A DNA stretch of 64,000 nucleotides from the human T2T-CHM13v2.0 reference genome, Homo sapiens: NCBI RefSeq assembly GCF_009914755.1, contig NC_060941.1; one strand, 5' to 3'. Shown one piece after another: positions 33,965-55,625 of the stretch. The translations under genes were made by a program, and so were the position numbers. Every line of letters starts with the position of its first letter. Position 1 is the first letter of the stretch. Under the pieces are notes generated by a model. It was not told where the DNA came from and made no database searches. It worked only from the letters and a program-made list of their open reading frames with translations.

Positions 33965-34558
33965 TGTCAGAGGCATTGGAATCAGAGCGACTCCATGGTA
34001 AAATGAGGCTGAGACCTGCTAGGCTGCATTCTTAGTCACAGGAGGAGATAGGAGGTCGGCAGGAGAAGTTATAGGTCATAAAGACCCTGCTCATAAAACA
34101 GGATGTGATAAAGAAGCCGGCCAAAACCCACCAAAACCAAGATGGTGATGAAAGCGACCTCTGGCCGTCCTCACTGCTCATTATACACATTATAATACAT
34201 TAACATGCTAAAAGACATTCCCTCCAGGGCCATGACAGTTTACAAACGCCATGGCAACGTCAGGAAGTTACTCTATATGGTCTAAAAGTGGGGGGATCCA
34301 TCAGTTCTGGGAAATCCCTGCCCCTTTCCTGGAAACCTCACAAATAATCCACCCTTTGTTTAGCATAGAATCAAGAAATAATCATAAGAACACTCAGTTA
34401 AGCAGCCCATGTCGCTGCTCTATGGAGTAGCCATTTTTCTGTTTCTTCTTTAATAAAATTGCTTTCACTTTACTGGGTGGACTCGTCTCGAACTCTTTCT
34501 TATGCAAGGTCCAAGAACCCTCTCCTGGGGTCTGGATCAGGACCCCTTTCCAGTTACA
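33965..34558 (+). mobile_element. Solo MER41 LTR (MER41B-like)
   Basis: TGTCAGAGGC...GGGTCTGGATCAGGACCCCTTTCCAGTTACA. Near-TSD CTGC/CTAC. Tandem GAS motifs present. Confidence 0.88.
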
Positions 34559-35769
34559 CTACCTCCTTAAGCCTTCTGACCTCTTCCTCAATAGTATGTT
34601 GAGAAAGTTCTGGCACTATCCTCCTCATTTTACTCTAGGCCAAGTTCAATCCTGACCATCTGTTAGGACTAGCTCTGGGATCTCCTGCTATAGCACTGGA
34701 TCTTGAGTTGTGGGTAAAGGCCCTCAAACGGGAAAAACTCCCCAGGGCCAGGCTTATATTCCACCCCACCCCCAGTCCAACAGCTTCAACATTGACTCCC
34801 ACACATGATTCCCTGGTTCCTCCCACACACAGTAGCCAGGGCTAGTGAATCCTTTGGCCAGTGTGGTATTTTCTCCTGTAGCAGGCTCTGACTTTCTTGC
34901 TCAGGCTGTGTGGAGACTTGACTTTGGTTATTTACCTAGAAACAGAGTGGAGGGGTCCATCTTTAGTAGGACAAATGGCATCTTGCAGGGCTCCTGCCTG
35001 TGCTGAGGTCAATGTCCAGCCTTCTCTGGGGAGCAGGGGTATTGAGGGGTCTGAAGGTGCAAGCTTCTCAGGGTTAACCACTCAAATGTCCCCAATTCAC
35101 ATCTCAGGATTTGACTCTTATTTATCATGGTGTTGACTTTGACTAGGAGATGAGATAAGACTATGCATCCTCTCTTTTTTTCAACAATTACAACCTGGGC
35201 CTGATCATCAGCAAAGTCTGTTCTCTGGTGAATAATCTAACTTCCAAATCCCAATCCTCTTTTAGGGCCACTCAGTGTTTAGCCTCAGTTACCCCAGAAA
35301 GCAAAGCCTGAGATGAAGGTCTCATGGCAGGGCTATGTGAAGGTGCACAGTCTCAGGGGCAGGGATGAGAAATGAGGGAAGCGAGGGAGGGACAGAGGGA
35401 GAGCCCACACAAGACTGTGTTATCGAGCTGGTTGCTTCTAAGTCTGAAGAATTGCCAGATTCTCAAACTCCTGACCTTGTGATCCGCCCACCTTGGCCTC
35501 CCAAAGTCCTGGGATTACAGACTTGAGCCACTGCACCCGGCCCTGGCCATATCTTTAACGTGCTGCTGGAAGTAAGGGCTGTAAATAAACTGAATAAATG
35601 GAATGCCAGAATAACCTTTCTTGGTTGTGTTGTTGTGTTGTACACATAAGAGAGGCAGTTGAGTCATGTCTAATCCATCAGGAGTAGCTAAGCCTCCAGA
35701 ATCAATTATTAATACCATATTGGGAGCTCTTGCATGATCTTTTATCCAGGATGTCTCAAATATATTTCA

Positions 35770-36084
<315 letters not shown>

Positions 36085-36969
36085 CTAAAAAACAAAAACA
36101 AAAAAACAGAGCTAGAAGGAATCTTAGCAATGGTCTCATGCAATTCCCTCACTTTATGGATCAGAAAACTGAAGCCTCTTTCAGTATAATAATAACAACA
36201 ATAATGACCATCACTGCAATAATATCACTATCATTTTCGATCACCTGTTAGATGTACTTTTTCAAAAACTTAATCCCCACAACAGCTCTCATTCTGGAGA
36301 TGAAAAACACAGCCTCAGATGGGCTCTGATTTCATCAATCTGGGTGATTCTAATGAGCAGCAGGGGTAAAAATCTAGAGCCTAAAATTTAACTTGAAATT
36401 GTTTTTCCCTCCTAAAAGGAGACTAGTGAGCCTGAAGCATTATAATCAGTCCTCTTGTCTTCTTCTTTCAATTGCCTCACTACCTACAATCATTTAAAAT
36501 GAATTTTAATGCGTTTCAATGATATTCCATTGTGAGCATCAGTTCTGAGATGCTAAGTATCCACCTAAAATGATATCCTTGTCGAGCACATACTTTAGCC
36601 AGTTAATGTCCAAGGGACTTCTCATTTCATTAAATGTCATGTTGCATTTAATTCTCATGACAACCTGGGATAGTAGATATTATTATTTGCCTCATTTTGT
36701 GAATGAGAAAATGAGTCTTTGGAGAGGTTAAATAAATTGCCTGAGATCTTGCAGCTAATAAAAGGCAGAGCCAAGGATTGAAAAATGGTTCTGGGCTGGG
36801 TGCGGTGGCTCACATCTGTTATTCCAGCACTTTGGGAGGCTGAGGCGGGTGGATCACCTGAAGTCAGGAGTTCGAGACCAGCATGGCCAACATGGTGAAA
36901 CTCTGTCTCTACTAAAAATATAAAAATTAGCCGGGTGTGGTGGCACACACCTGTAGTCTCAGCTACTTA

Positions 36970-37104
<135 letters not shown>

Positions 37105-37216
37105 TCAACTCCTCTATCCAATGCCTATCTTTGCTTCAGGACTCAGCCCAAGATCTACCTCCTGATAGGAAGTCCTCCCTGACAAATCCAGCATTTGTTG
37201 ACTCAATCGCTTCTAA

Positions 37217-37531
<315 letters not shown>

Positions 37532-37730
37532 TGAACTTCTGACCTCAGGTGATCCGCCTGCCTCAGCCTCCAAAGTGCTGGGATTACAGGCGTGAGGTAA
37601 CACTCTTGAGTGTTAGAAATTATTGCTTTAATTTTACAGATGAGGAAACAGGCTCAGAGAGCCTTCCAAGCTCCTGCAGCTAACCAGTAGCAGAGCCAGA
37701 ATTCAAAATCAGATCTGGGTGAGCCCAAAG

Positions 37731-37950
37731 CAGGAGTTGGCAAACTAAGGATCATGGGCCAAATCCAGCCCACTCATTGTCTGTTTTGGTAAATAAAATT
37801 TTGCTGAAACAAAATCAGACTCACTCATTTACATAACCCTGATGGCTGCTTTCAAACTACAATAGCGACATTGAGTCCCTGCAAACAAGTCTATGTGGCT
37901 CTCAAAGCCTAAAATATTTACTATCTAGCCCTTTATAAAAAGTTTGCTTG
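37731..37950 (+). mobile_element. MER58A-like DNA transposon
   Basis: CAGGAGTTGGCAAACT...GGGCCAAATCCAGCCC...AAAGCCTAAAATATTTACTATCTAGCCCTTTA. Confidence 0.7.
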
Positions 37951-38933
37951 TAAACGTTTTTGTTTTTATAGAAAAACTCCTGCTTGGAAGCCTGTTTTTC
38001 TTGCCACTTCATCTTTCTTCTTCTCTGTATGCCACTGCTATTATAGTATTGAAGTTGTCACTCTTGCTCCCAGCAGGTGGAAGGACAGCATGCTTCTCAT
38101 GAAAAGGACCTCAGTAGGACACTCACAGAAGTCCGGGCAACTGGGACAGAGACCACGACCCCCAGGAAGGGAGTGGTCAATCAACACAGGGATCACCAGT
38201 ACAGGAGCCTCTGTTTGGAAGGAAGGTCAGAAAGATCCTGTGGCCTTGCTCTACCAATTTTTGGCAGCCTGCCTGGCCACATCCCTACCTCCCAGAGGCC
38301 CATGCTCTGATTCCTGGATGTCACCCTGTTCTCTGCAGGTGCCAGCAATGTTGCTTTTGCATACTCCCAGGGGGCACTATCCACATGTTCCAGGGACTCC
38401 ATCTACATAGTTACCCTGGGTGCTATAATTACCTGGGTGTGTCTGGAGTGGGTGGGAGAGAGGGGTGTGGCTGTTCTTGGGATCTGCAGTAAAAGACTCT
38501 GTTTAAAGGGTTCTGAGAGAGGAGGCTGCGTCGTGGGGTGTAAAGGAGGGAGCTGGGACTCTGCAGCTTTTGGTCTTTGCAGAGCAGTGGGACTTGAAGA
38601 GGTAGAGGAGGAAATCCTGGGAAAGAGGTTGAGGGCACTGTCATGAGAAGACAGTGCAAAGCTACACACACCCAGACCACATAATATGAATATTATATAG
38701 AGTTTATTGGGGGCAAAGCCTATATGCGGTGAGGTCTCAGAGCACCCTGCTATGCCCGAGTCAGCCTAAGCCACCAAGGATGACCCTGCAGTCAGACCAC
38801 GTCTGGCTATTGACTCAGTGCAGTGAGAGGGACTGCACGTTGAGCGACATGGAGATGGCTCAGCACACAAAGGTCAGCAAAGAGTTATTCCAGGACTTGA
38901 GGGTGATGTGAAGTTAAGGTGACAATTAAATGA

Positions 38934-39266
<333 letters not shown>

Positions 39267-39630
39267 TGATCCACCCACCTCAGTCTCCCAAAGTGTTAGG
39301 ATTACAGGCGTGAGCCCCCGCATCCAGCCTTTTATTCCTTTTTAAAGGCTGAATAATATTCAATTGTACATATATACCACATTTTGTTTATCCGTTCACC
39401 TGCTGACAGACACATGTTGCTTTTGTGTTTTAGCTAGTGGGTCAAAGTTAATACTGCTATGACCATACAGGCACAAATATCTCTTCAAGACCTTACTTTC
39501 AATTCTTTTTTTTTTTTTTTTTTTTTTGAGATGAAATCTTGCTCTGTCACCCACGCTGGAGTGCCCTGGCATCATCTTGGCTCACTGCAACCTCAGCCTC
39601 CCTGCGCACACAGTTCGGTACTACATATAT

Positions 39631-39644
39631 CCTCTAGGTGGCAG
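39631..39644 (+). promoter_or_regulatory. Candidate CTCF site
   Basis: CCTCTAGGTGGCAG, one mismatch to the CCASYAGRKGGCRS core. Confidence 0.6.
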
Positions 39645-39674
39645 CATAACCCTCAATATAAAAACCCATTCTGA

Positions 39675-39830
39675 GCCCCGCGCGGTGGCGCGCCTGGAAT
39701 CCCAGCTGCAGCTACTCTGGAGGATCGCTAGAGCCCAAGAGCTGATGCAATGCTCCAGGACTGCACCTGTGAACAGCCACTGGCACTCCAGCCTGGGCAG
39801 CAGCGAGACCCCGTCAATAAACAAACAAAC
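39675..39830 (+). mobile_element. Fossil Alu monomer (FAM)-like 7SL derivative
   Basis: GCGCGGTGGCGCGCC...GGAGGATCGCT...CCTGTGAACAGCCACTGGCACTCCAGCCTGGGC..GCGAGACCCCGTC plus an A-rich tail. The CCTGTGAA.AGCCACTG segment is FAM/7SL-diagnostic. Confidence 0.7.
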
Positions 39831-40448
39831 CACCCGATTAGGCGCGGTGGCTCACTTCTGTAATCCCAGCACTTTGGGAGGCCCAGGCGGGTGGATGGCT
39901 TAAGCCCAGGAGCTCGAGACCAGCCTGGGCAGCATATAGAGACCTCATCTCTACAAAGAATTAAAAAATTAGCTGGGCATGGTGGCACGCGCCTGTGGTC
40001 CCAGCTACTCGGGAGGCTGAGGTGGGAGGGCCACCTGAGCCCAGTTTGGAGGCTGCAGTGAGCCGCAATCGCATCACTGCACTCCAGCCTGGGCGACAGA
40101 GCCATACTGTCTCAAAAATAAATAAGTAAATAAATAAATAAAACATAAAAACTATTTTGGGATCCTGACCCTTTGGTCTTTGAACTTCTCTCTCTTTTCT
40201 TTCTTTTTTTTTCTTCTTCCTTCCTTCCTTTTCTTTTTCTTTCTTTCTTCCTTCCTTTCTTCTCTTTCTTTCTTTCTTTTCTTTTCTTCTTTCCCTTTTT
40301 TCTTTCTTTTTGAGAGAGGGTCTCATTGTCACCCAGGGTAGAGTGAGAGGCACTATTACTGCAGCCTTGAACTCCTGGGCTCAAGCGATCTTCTTACCTC
40401 AGCCTCCCGAGTAGCTAGGACTACAGCTGCATGCCAGCACACCTGACA

Positions 40449-40491
<43 letters not shown>

Positions 40492-40492
40492 A

Positions 40493-40651
<159 letters not shown>

Positions 40652-41464
40652 TAGTAGAGATGGGGTTTCACCGTGTTAGCCAGGATGGTCTCCATCTCCT
40701 GACCTCGTGATCCACCTGCCTCGGCCTCCCAAAGTGCTGGGATTACAGGCGTGAGCCACTGCGTCTGGCCAAAAAAAAATTTTTTTTTATAGAGACAGGG
40801 TCTCGCTATGTTGCTCAGGCTGGTCTCAAACTCCTGGGCTAAGGCACCCTCTCGCTTCAGCCTCCCAAAGTGTTGGGATTACAGGTGTGAGCCACCAGGC
40901 CTGGCCTGGCCTGAATTTTCTTTTTTCTTTTTTTTTCTTTCTTTTTTTCCTTTCTTTCTTTTTTTCTTTTTTTTTTTGAGACAGAGTCTTGCTCTGTCTC
41001 CCAGGCTGGAGTGCAGTGGCCTGCTCTCACTCGCTGCAACCTCCCCCTCCCGGGTTCAAGCAATTCTCCTGCCTCAGCCTCCTGAGTAGCTGGGATTATA
41101 GGCATGCGCCACCATGCCCGGCTAATTTTTCTGTTTTTAGTAGAGACGGGGTTTCACCATGTTGGCCAGGCTGGTTTCGAACTCCTGACCTCGTGATCTG
41201 CCTGCCTCGGCCTCTCAAAGTGTTGGGATTACAGGCGTGAGCCACCGCGACCAACCGAATTTTCTTAGCACTTTTCTTTTTAAATGCCAAAGGATGGAAC
41301 CCAGAACTGTGAGCTTCCTTCAGCTCTGTCAGTGGCTTATCTCAACATGAGCTAAATGTACAAAGGTGCTCTTCCTATCTTACTGCTGTGATCGTTGGTC
41401 CCATGTTTTGACTGCTGGATTGATTTCAGTAAGGACTCAGGGTATAGATTCTAGCCTTCCTTGA

Positions 41465-42080
<616 letters not shown>

Positions 42081-42231
42081 TGATCTACCTGCCTCGGCCT
42101 CCCAAAGTGCTAGGATTATAGGTGTGAGCCACCACACCCGGCCCCCATTTTTGTATTCTTAGTCTCTGGAGCACAGTTGGTTGAACAAATGAATGAATGA
42201 ATGTATTACCACAAGGACTACACAAGGCTAG

Positions 42232-42569
<338 letters not shown>

Positions 42570-42698
42570 TGATCCACCTGCCTCGGCCTCCCAAAGTGCT
42601 GGAATTACAGGCGTGAGTCACCACGCCTGGCCAACTCTGGCTCTCTTAAGCATAAAGGGAGTTTATTGGAATGGCATGGCAGTAGAATCATGAGAGTT

Positions 42699-43098
42699 TG
42701 CCTTAGTTCGTTTTCTATTGTTTATAACAGAATATCTGAAACTGGGTAATTCATAAAGAAAAGGCATTTATTTCTTACAGTTACAGAGGCTGAGAAGTAC
42801 AAGGTTGAGGAGCTGTATCTGGTGAGAGCCTTCTTGTTGGTGGGGACTCTCTGCAGAGCCCCTAGGCAGTGTAAGATATCAAATGGTGAAGGGGCGACCA
42901 TGCTAGCTCAGGTCTTAATTCTTCCTCTTATAAAGCCACTGATGCCACTCCCATGACAACTCATTAATCCATTAATCCACTCATGAGGTCAGAGCTCTCA
43001 TGATCCAGTCACTGCTTAAAGCCCCATCTCAATATTGCCACTTTGGAGATTAAGTTTCAAAATCAGTTTGGCAGGGGACAAACATTCAAATCATAGCA
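42699..43098 (-). mobile_element. MST-family MaLR LTR (MSTD-like) nested in an older MLT1-like LTR
   Basis: TG..CA ends with near-TSD GAGTT/GGGTT. Typical ACTGGGTAATTCATAAAGAAAAG..TTTATTTCTTACAGTT and GGGGACAAACATTCAAATCATAGCA. Confidence 0.75.
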
Positions 43099-43798
43099 GG
43101 GTTCAAAAGCAGGTTCAGACAGTTTTCAAAATTTGTTTTAATTAAAACAATTAAAAATTTAAAAAAGTTAAAAAAAATTAAAAGAAGCAGTTTCAGCACA
43201 CAGGCAAAGGAAGCCCTGGAGGGACAAGAAGTAGGAAGAACAACCACCACCTTTGAGCATGAAAAGTCTGGCCAGGGCCCACCACTGTCGCTGTCCACCT
43301 CCACAGCTGTGGTAAGAGTCCTAATTTGGGCTGTTCTCTCACGTTTGCATCATATGTTCGCCTTTGCATCATATATCAAAGGGTGGATTGACCCTTTGAC
43401 AGAAGCTAAGTCACATTCCAAAGCCCCAGCTGCCAAAGTGTGAGCGGGGGAGGATCTCCCCAGTGCAACTCCCTGGCAGAGGAAGTACCCTGCATCCTGC
43501 CACTCACACACTGGAGCGTCCCCCAGCCAGCTGAGCAGGCTTCGCAGGGGTGTGGCCATCCGCCTGCTCCGGGCAAGTACTGTACAGTCCTTCAGTCCTT
43601 GCTGCCAGCCTCTGCATCGGTAGTTTTTTGTTTGTTTATTTTTTTAAATCAGCGCTCATTTCTTCTTTTTGACTTCTTGGACTAGCCGTGAAGATTGCAG
43701 GCATTCTTAGCCTGTCTTTTAGTAGGAATGTTTCTAATGTTTCACCATGGAGTGTTAAGGTTTACTGAAGGCTTCTGGTAGCTAGATTATCTATTTAG

Positions 43799-44176
<378 letters not shown>

Positions 44177-44269
44177 TAGAGTACAAAATTTTCCTCTCTT
44201 AATGTGTTACGACAACAGAGAATGACCTTGAAAAATTTTCTAATGTAGAACCAGTCCTGCATTTCTGAG

Positions 44270-47450
<3,181 letters not shown>

Positions 47451-47822
47451 AGCAAGAGAGAGAGAAAGAGAGAGAATGGTCAACAGCAACATAGTAGGAT
47501 TTTTAGGAAGCAAAAAGGGCTGCGTAATCATGAATTCTGAAGCGAGATTGTTTTTTCTCCAGACACACTGAGCTGAATGGGTGCTGGCTCCAGTTTGTAA
47601 ACGTTTGCTCTTTTTATTGACCTTTTGCACAGAACCAATATTTTGCTTTAGGCCAGGCGCGGTGGCGCCTGCCTGTAATCCCAGCACTTTGAGAGGCCGA
47701 GGTGGGCAGATTACCTGAGATCAGGAGTTTGAGACCAGCCTAACAAATATGGTGAAACCCCGTCTCTAATAAAAATACAAAAATTAGCTGGGCCAGGTGG
47801 CGCGCACCTGTAGTACCAGCTA

Positions 47823-47991
<169 letters not shown>

Positions 47992-48003
47992 TTATTTCTT
48001 TAA

Positions 48004-48365
<362 letters not shown>

Positions 48366-49189
48366 TAGCTGGGATTACAGGCACCCACCACCACGCCCAG
48401 CTAATTTTTGTATTTGTAGAAGAGACGAGGTTTCACCATGTAGGCCAGGCTGGTCTCAAACCCCTGACCTCAGGTGATCCACCTGCCTCAGCCTCCCAAA
48501 GTGCTGGGATTACAGGCATGAGCCACCGCGCCTAGCTAATTTTTTGTATTTTTAGTAGAGACAGGGTTTCACCATGTTAGCCAGGATGGTCTCGATCTCC
48601 TGACCTCATGATCCACTTGATTCGGACTCCCAGAGTGTTGGGATTACAGGTGTTAGCCACCACACCCGGCCTCTTTCTTATTTTCAAGCAAATTCACACA
48701 CAGTAATACATTTTCCTTTGAGTCGCTTTTTGCCAACATCTCGAAGGGTTTGAGAGATACTTTTCATGTTGAAATTTCTTTCTCTCTCTCTTTTTTTTTT
48801 TTTTTTTCAAATAAATAGAGACAGGGTCTGTCTCTGTCACCCATGCTGGTCCTGAACTCCTGGGCCCAAGTGATCCTCCCACGCCTCAGCCTCCTGAAGT
48901 GCTGAGATTACAGGCGTGAGCCATTGTGCCCGGCCTCATGTTGAAATTTCTATCTAGGTGGGGTGCGGTGGCTCACGCCTGTAATCTGAGCACTTTGGGA
49001 GGCTGAGGCAGGTGGATCACTTGAGGTCAGGAGTTTGAGACCAGCCTGGCCAACATGGTGAAACACCATCTCTACTAAAAATATAAAAACTAGCTGGGTC
49101 TGGTGGTGGGCGCCTGTAATCCTAGCTACTTGGGAGGCTGAGACAGGAGAATTGCTTGAATCCAGGAGATGGAGGTTGCGGTGAGCTGA

Positions 49190-49435
<246 letters not shown>

Positions 49436-49949
49436 TAATTTTTGTATTTTTAGTGGAAACGGGGTTTCACCATATTGGCCAGGCTGGTCTCGAATTCCTG
49501 ACCTTGTGATCTGCCCGCCTTGGCCTCCCAAAGTGCTGGGATTACAGGCGTGAGCCACCGCCTAGACTTTGTAATTTTGATGTTTATTTCCTCTTTCCTC
49601 TCTGACTTGAGTACTTTATTTTGTTAAGTTGTGGTTAATTTCTAATTTTATTTTATTGGGGGTCAGTGAGTATGGTCTGTGAGATTGTTGCTTTTTGGTA
49701 TTTTTTGAGATTTTTTGGATTTTCTTTCTAATTTTTTGGAGATTTTTTTGGTCTAATATTTGGGAATGCATATAGCACTGTAAACTTATCCTCTAAACAT
49801 ATAGCAATGAAATATAAAAAAAGCAAAATTGGCTGGGCACAGTGGCTCACGCCTGTAATCTCAGCACTTTGGGAGGCCGAGATGGGCAGATCACGAGGTC
49901 AGGAGTTCAAGACCAGCCTGGCCAACATGGTGAAACCCTGTCTCTACTA

Positions 49950-50156
<207 letters not shown>

Positions 50157-50532
50157 TCAAAGACATGAAATGTATCTCCATGGACTAAGATATAGGGACA
50201 GAAATGCAAAGTGGGGAGTTGGCCTGAAGAGGTTAAAGCTCTGGACTCCAAGTCTGGAATCAGGTAGGGAATGCTGGGAGTTTGACTCTGGGTAATAGGA
50301 ACTGAAACAGCCCACGGAAGACGGCAGTAGACCTGAGGCAGGATTCCTGGTTACGCTTTTAGGGAGTGGGAGGGTGGGGAACTGAGCTAAGTATAGTGAC
50401 TGAAGGGGTCCCAGAGACCCGGTGGAGAGAACGGTAGCATTGCTGGGCAGGGCGGATCAAGGCTGCCCAGTTGAAATAAGCCTGCAAATAGAAACTCCAA
50501 ATTCAACAATCCAAAGACAAGCACACTATAAG

Positions 50533-50884
<352 letters not shown>

Positions 50885-50917
50885 TCACTTGAGCCCAGGA
50901 TTTGGAGGTTATAGTCA

Positions 50918-51219
<302 letters not shown>

Positions 51220-51382
51220 TTACCCAAGAGTACCAAGAAATATAAGAAACACAAACATAAGCACTATCTTTATTAAAACTACAGATTAAAACTCCAAACC
51301 ATGCCAGGCGCGGTGGCTCACGCCTGTACTCTCAGCACTTTGGGAGGCTGAGGCAGGTGGATTACCTGAGGTCAGGAGTTCA

Positions 51383-52439
<1,057 letters not shown>

Positions 52440-54994
52440 TAGCCAGGATGGTCTCAATCTCCTGACCTCGTGATCCACCTGTCTCGGCCTCCCAAAGTGT
52501 TGGGATTACAGGCATGAGCCACGGTGTCCGGCCGGCAATTACCTCATTTCTGAGGAAAAATAAACCAGGCTGACTTCTGGTTTCATTACAGCAACACTCA
52601 ATTCTAGAAGACAATACTTATACATTCTTCAATAAATAAAGTATAACCCAAGAATTTATACTCAAACTTTTACAGGATAAAGGCAACAAATATTTTTAAA
52701 CATGAAAAACTCAGGGAATATAATTTTCATAAGTTATTATTGTTATTTTAAAGAGATAGGTTCTCACTTTCTTGCCCAGACTGGGGTGCAGTGGCACAAT
52801 CAGAGGTCACTGCAGCCTCAAACTTCTGGGCTCTAGCAATCCTCTTGCCTCAGCCTCCTGAGTAGCTGGGACTATAGGCACACGCCACTACGTCTGGCTA
52901 AATTTTAAAATTTTTTGTAGAGACAAGGTCTCACTATGTTGCTCAGGGTGGTCTTGAACTGCTGGCTTCAAGCGATCCTTCTACCTCTTGTCTCCCAAAG
53001 TGCTGGGATTACAAACGTGAGCCACCACACTCTGCTCTATAAATTATTCTTAAGAAACTAAAGCAGGATCATAACTTACCACAAAATGGGTTGGGGAAAA
53101 AACTATGGCAAAATAACTGTTAATAATACTTCTGAATCTTTTAACTGTAGGAGTGGAACTAAAACAAACGTGGGATTATGGTTACACAGCAGAATGTATG
53201 ATTTTATAAACCTACTAACGTGGAAATGGTATAATTAACATCTTTTATATCTAGGAATCCAAATATCTCATTCAAAGCTGATTTAAAAATCAAGTGATAA
53301 AGATATTTATAAATGTAGTTAATTAAAAAAGCAAATACTAAAGAAGGATAAAATCATTTACATTAGGTGAGGAGAAGAAAAGGGGTAAAGAAAAAAGAGG
53401 GAAATTACAATGTCATTTTTATTCAGAATAGGGAGTTAACAGACAGTCTGAAGAAACTGAGGACGATGTGTATTGCGGAGTATGATTATAAGGCAACTCC
53501 CTGAATAAAAATACAAACCTTCCAAATTATCAGAAGAAACACAAAACACAATAAACACAAAATATGCAATGCAAGAGTGAAAAAAGGACCAAAAGGGCTA
53601 TGAAACAGCATAATATAGCTGTCACATGAATAGGGCTCAACTCATCTATGGCAAGATAAAGATTTTCAGATTTAATCACAAAGCAAAACTTAGTGCTCTA
53701 ATTCAAGGGATTACCTAAAATAAAGGGTTCAGAAAAGACGAAAACAGCAAAGGTTGTTTGGGGTAACAAACAAAATTCAGCAGGATGGTAAAATATCAGA
53801 CAAAGTTAAATTCAGGGCAAAGTTTGAACACATTAAATGAGACAAGGAAGGTCATTTTATGATGAAGTGGGAAAATTCCCAAGAATATAAGACAAATGAA
53901 TATTTATGCACAAATAACATGGTACTATTTATAAAGCAGGACTTCAGAGAAATAAGGAGAAATAAAAACACAATAGTAACAAAAGATTCTAATTTACCTT
54001 CTTCCGATTACGTTAGATCAAAATACGTCTAAAAAATAAAGGAGAAAAAATATTTTAAAAAGAAGAAGAAAAAAGCTCCAGTATAACCAAAAACATAAAC
54101 CTAAGAGCTGATTCTTTGAAAAAAAAATACACTTTTAAAAGTTAACAAAATAAAGAAGCAAAAATACACAAAATAAGATATTTGGGAGAAGTTAAAAGAT
54201 TCACAAAAGACTACTTTCCTCAACTTTATGCAAATACACTTGAACATCTGGAAAAAAAGGATAATTTGTTTTAAGAAATACATGCTTTATCAAAATTAAC
54301 TCTAGAATAATTTTTAAAATGTAAATAATAAAATTGCCACAGAAGAAACTTTTCTAGCCTTAAAAGATTTACCCTCCCCAAAGAAAGCATCAGGCTGGGA
54401 GGAACATTTTTAACTGGGAAATGATCAAACCTCAAAGAATAGATAATTTTAATGCTCCTTAAATTGTTCAGAGTAAAAGGAAAAAGCAAACATGCCCAAT
54501 TTTTTTTCTTTTTTTTTTTTTGTAGAGATGGGGGGGTCTCACTGTGTTTCCTAGACTGGTCTCGAACTTCTGGCCTCAAGCACTCCTCCTGCCTCGGTTC
54601 CAAATTTTTTATGATGTGAGCATAACATTGATTCTGAAACCAAACAACATTAGACATTCAAAAAGAAAATTATTGCCCATCTCATTTTTGCATATCAATG
54701 CAAAGCCTGTAAATAAAATATTAGCAAACAGAATCAAGCAGTATATTTAAAAAAAAAAGACAAGTTTATTGCAGGGATAAACTGGGTTTTTATTAGGAAT
54801 TTATTATAACTAGGACTCATTACTTCAATATGAGGAAATCAGCTGTCACCCGGTTTGCTCGTCCTTACAGACATCTCCCTCCTCTTCCTCTCTTCCTTTC
54901 CAGTGAAAATGTCTTCAAGTTTCCTCTACCAAACCAAAACTTCACCCCACTTCTTTTATTCTTTCCTCCTCTCTTCTCAGAACAAAGGGGTTGT

Positions 54995-55216
54995 TGCTGA
55001 CCAGCCCAGGGTTTCTTATTTGGGGCCGGATCATTCTTCCTTGTGGGGCCGTCCTGTCCTTCAGGTAGGATGTTGAGGAGCACCCTCGTGTCTACCCACT
55101 TAGGCAACAGTAGCAACTCCCGCATCATGACAACCAAAAATGTCTCCAGACCTCCCCAAATGTACGCGGGGCGGCGAGGAGGGGCAACACCGGCCCTGGT
55201 CGAGAACCGCTAGCCT
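54995..55216. mobile_element. MER20-like DNA transposon
   Basis: GGGCCGGATCATTCTTCCTTGTGGGG..GTCCTGT..AGGATGTT...TGACAACCAAAAATGTCTCCAGAC...GAGAACCGCT. Confidence 0.75.
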
Positions 55217-55625
55217 AGGCTCGCCCCTCTACCTGGGCGCCACAACTTGCCAGGGTTGGTTATTCTCCCTGGATCCTTTCCTTCCTCCTCATTTGAGCTT
55301 CACGCCCTCAAGTATGACCAAAGGTTCTGTCATTCCACTCCTGCAGTTTTCATTAAGGTCTTAGGCCACTTCCATGTCAAGAAACACAGTGGCTCTTTCT
55401 AACCCCTGGCCATGAGGCACCCCTGGAGGAGGAGCCGTGAGGGTAGGGAAGATGCTGAGGGGGATGTTGACCTTGCCGACTTCCAGGCGCCTCCGCTGCA
55501 TCCCGGAGGAGGCGTTGGGCGGTGAGGGTGCAGCGGGGGGGCGGGCCCCGCAGGATGAGGTGTCCGTGTGCGGCTAGCGCCACAGGCAAGACCGGGCTCC
55601 TTGCGGGGCGGAGGTGAGGCCGTGA

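Noticed and set aside
40186-40311. Long polypyrimidine tract (possible H-DNA)
   Set aside because: Explained as an expanded, degenerate Alu tail, which is common in such regions.
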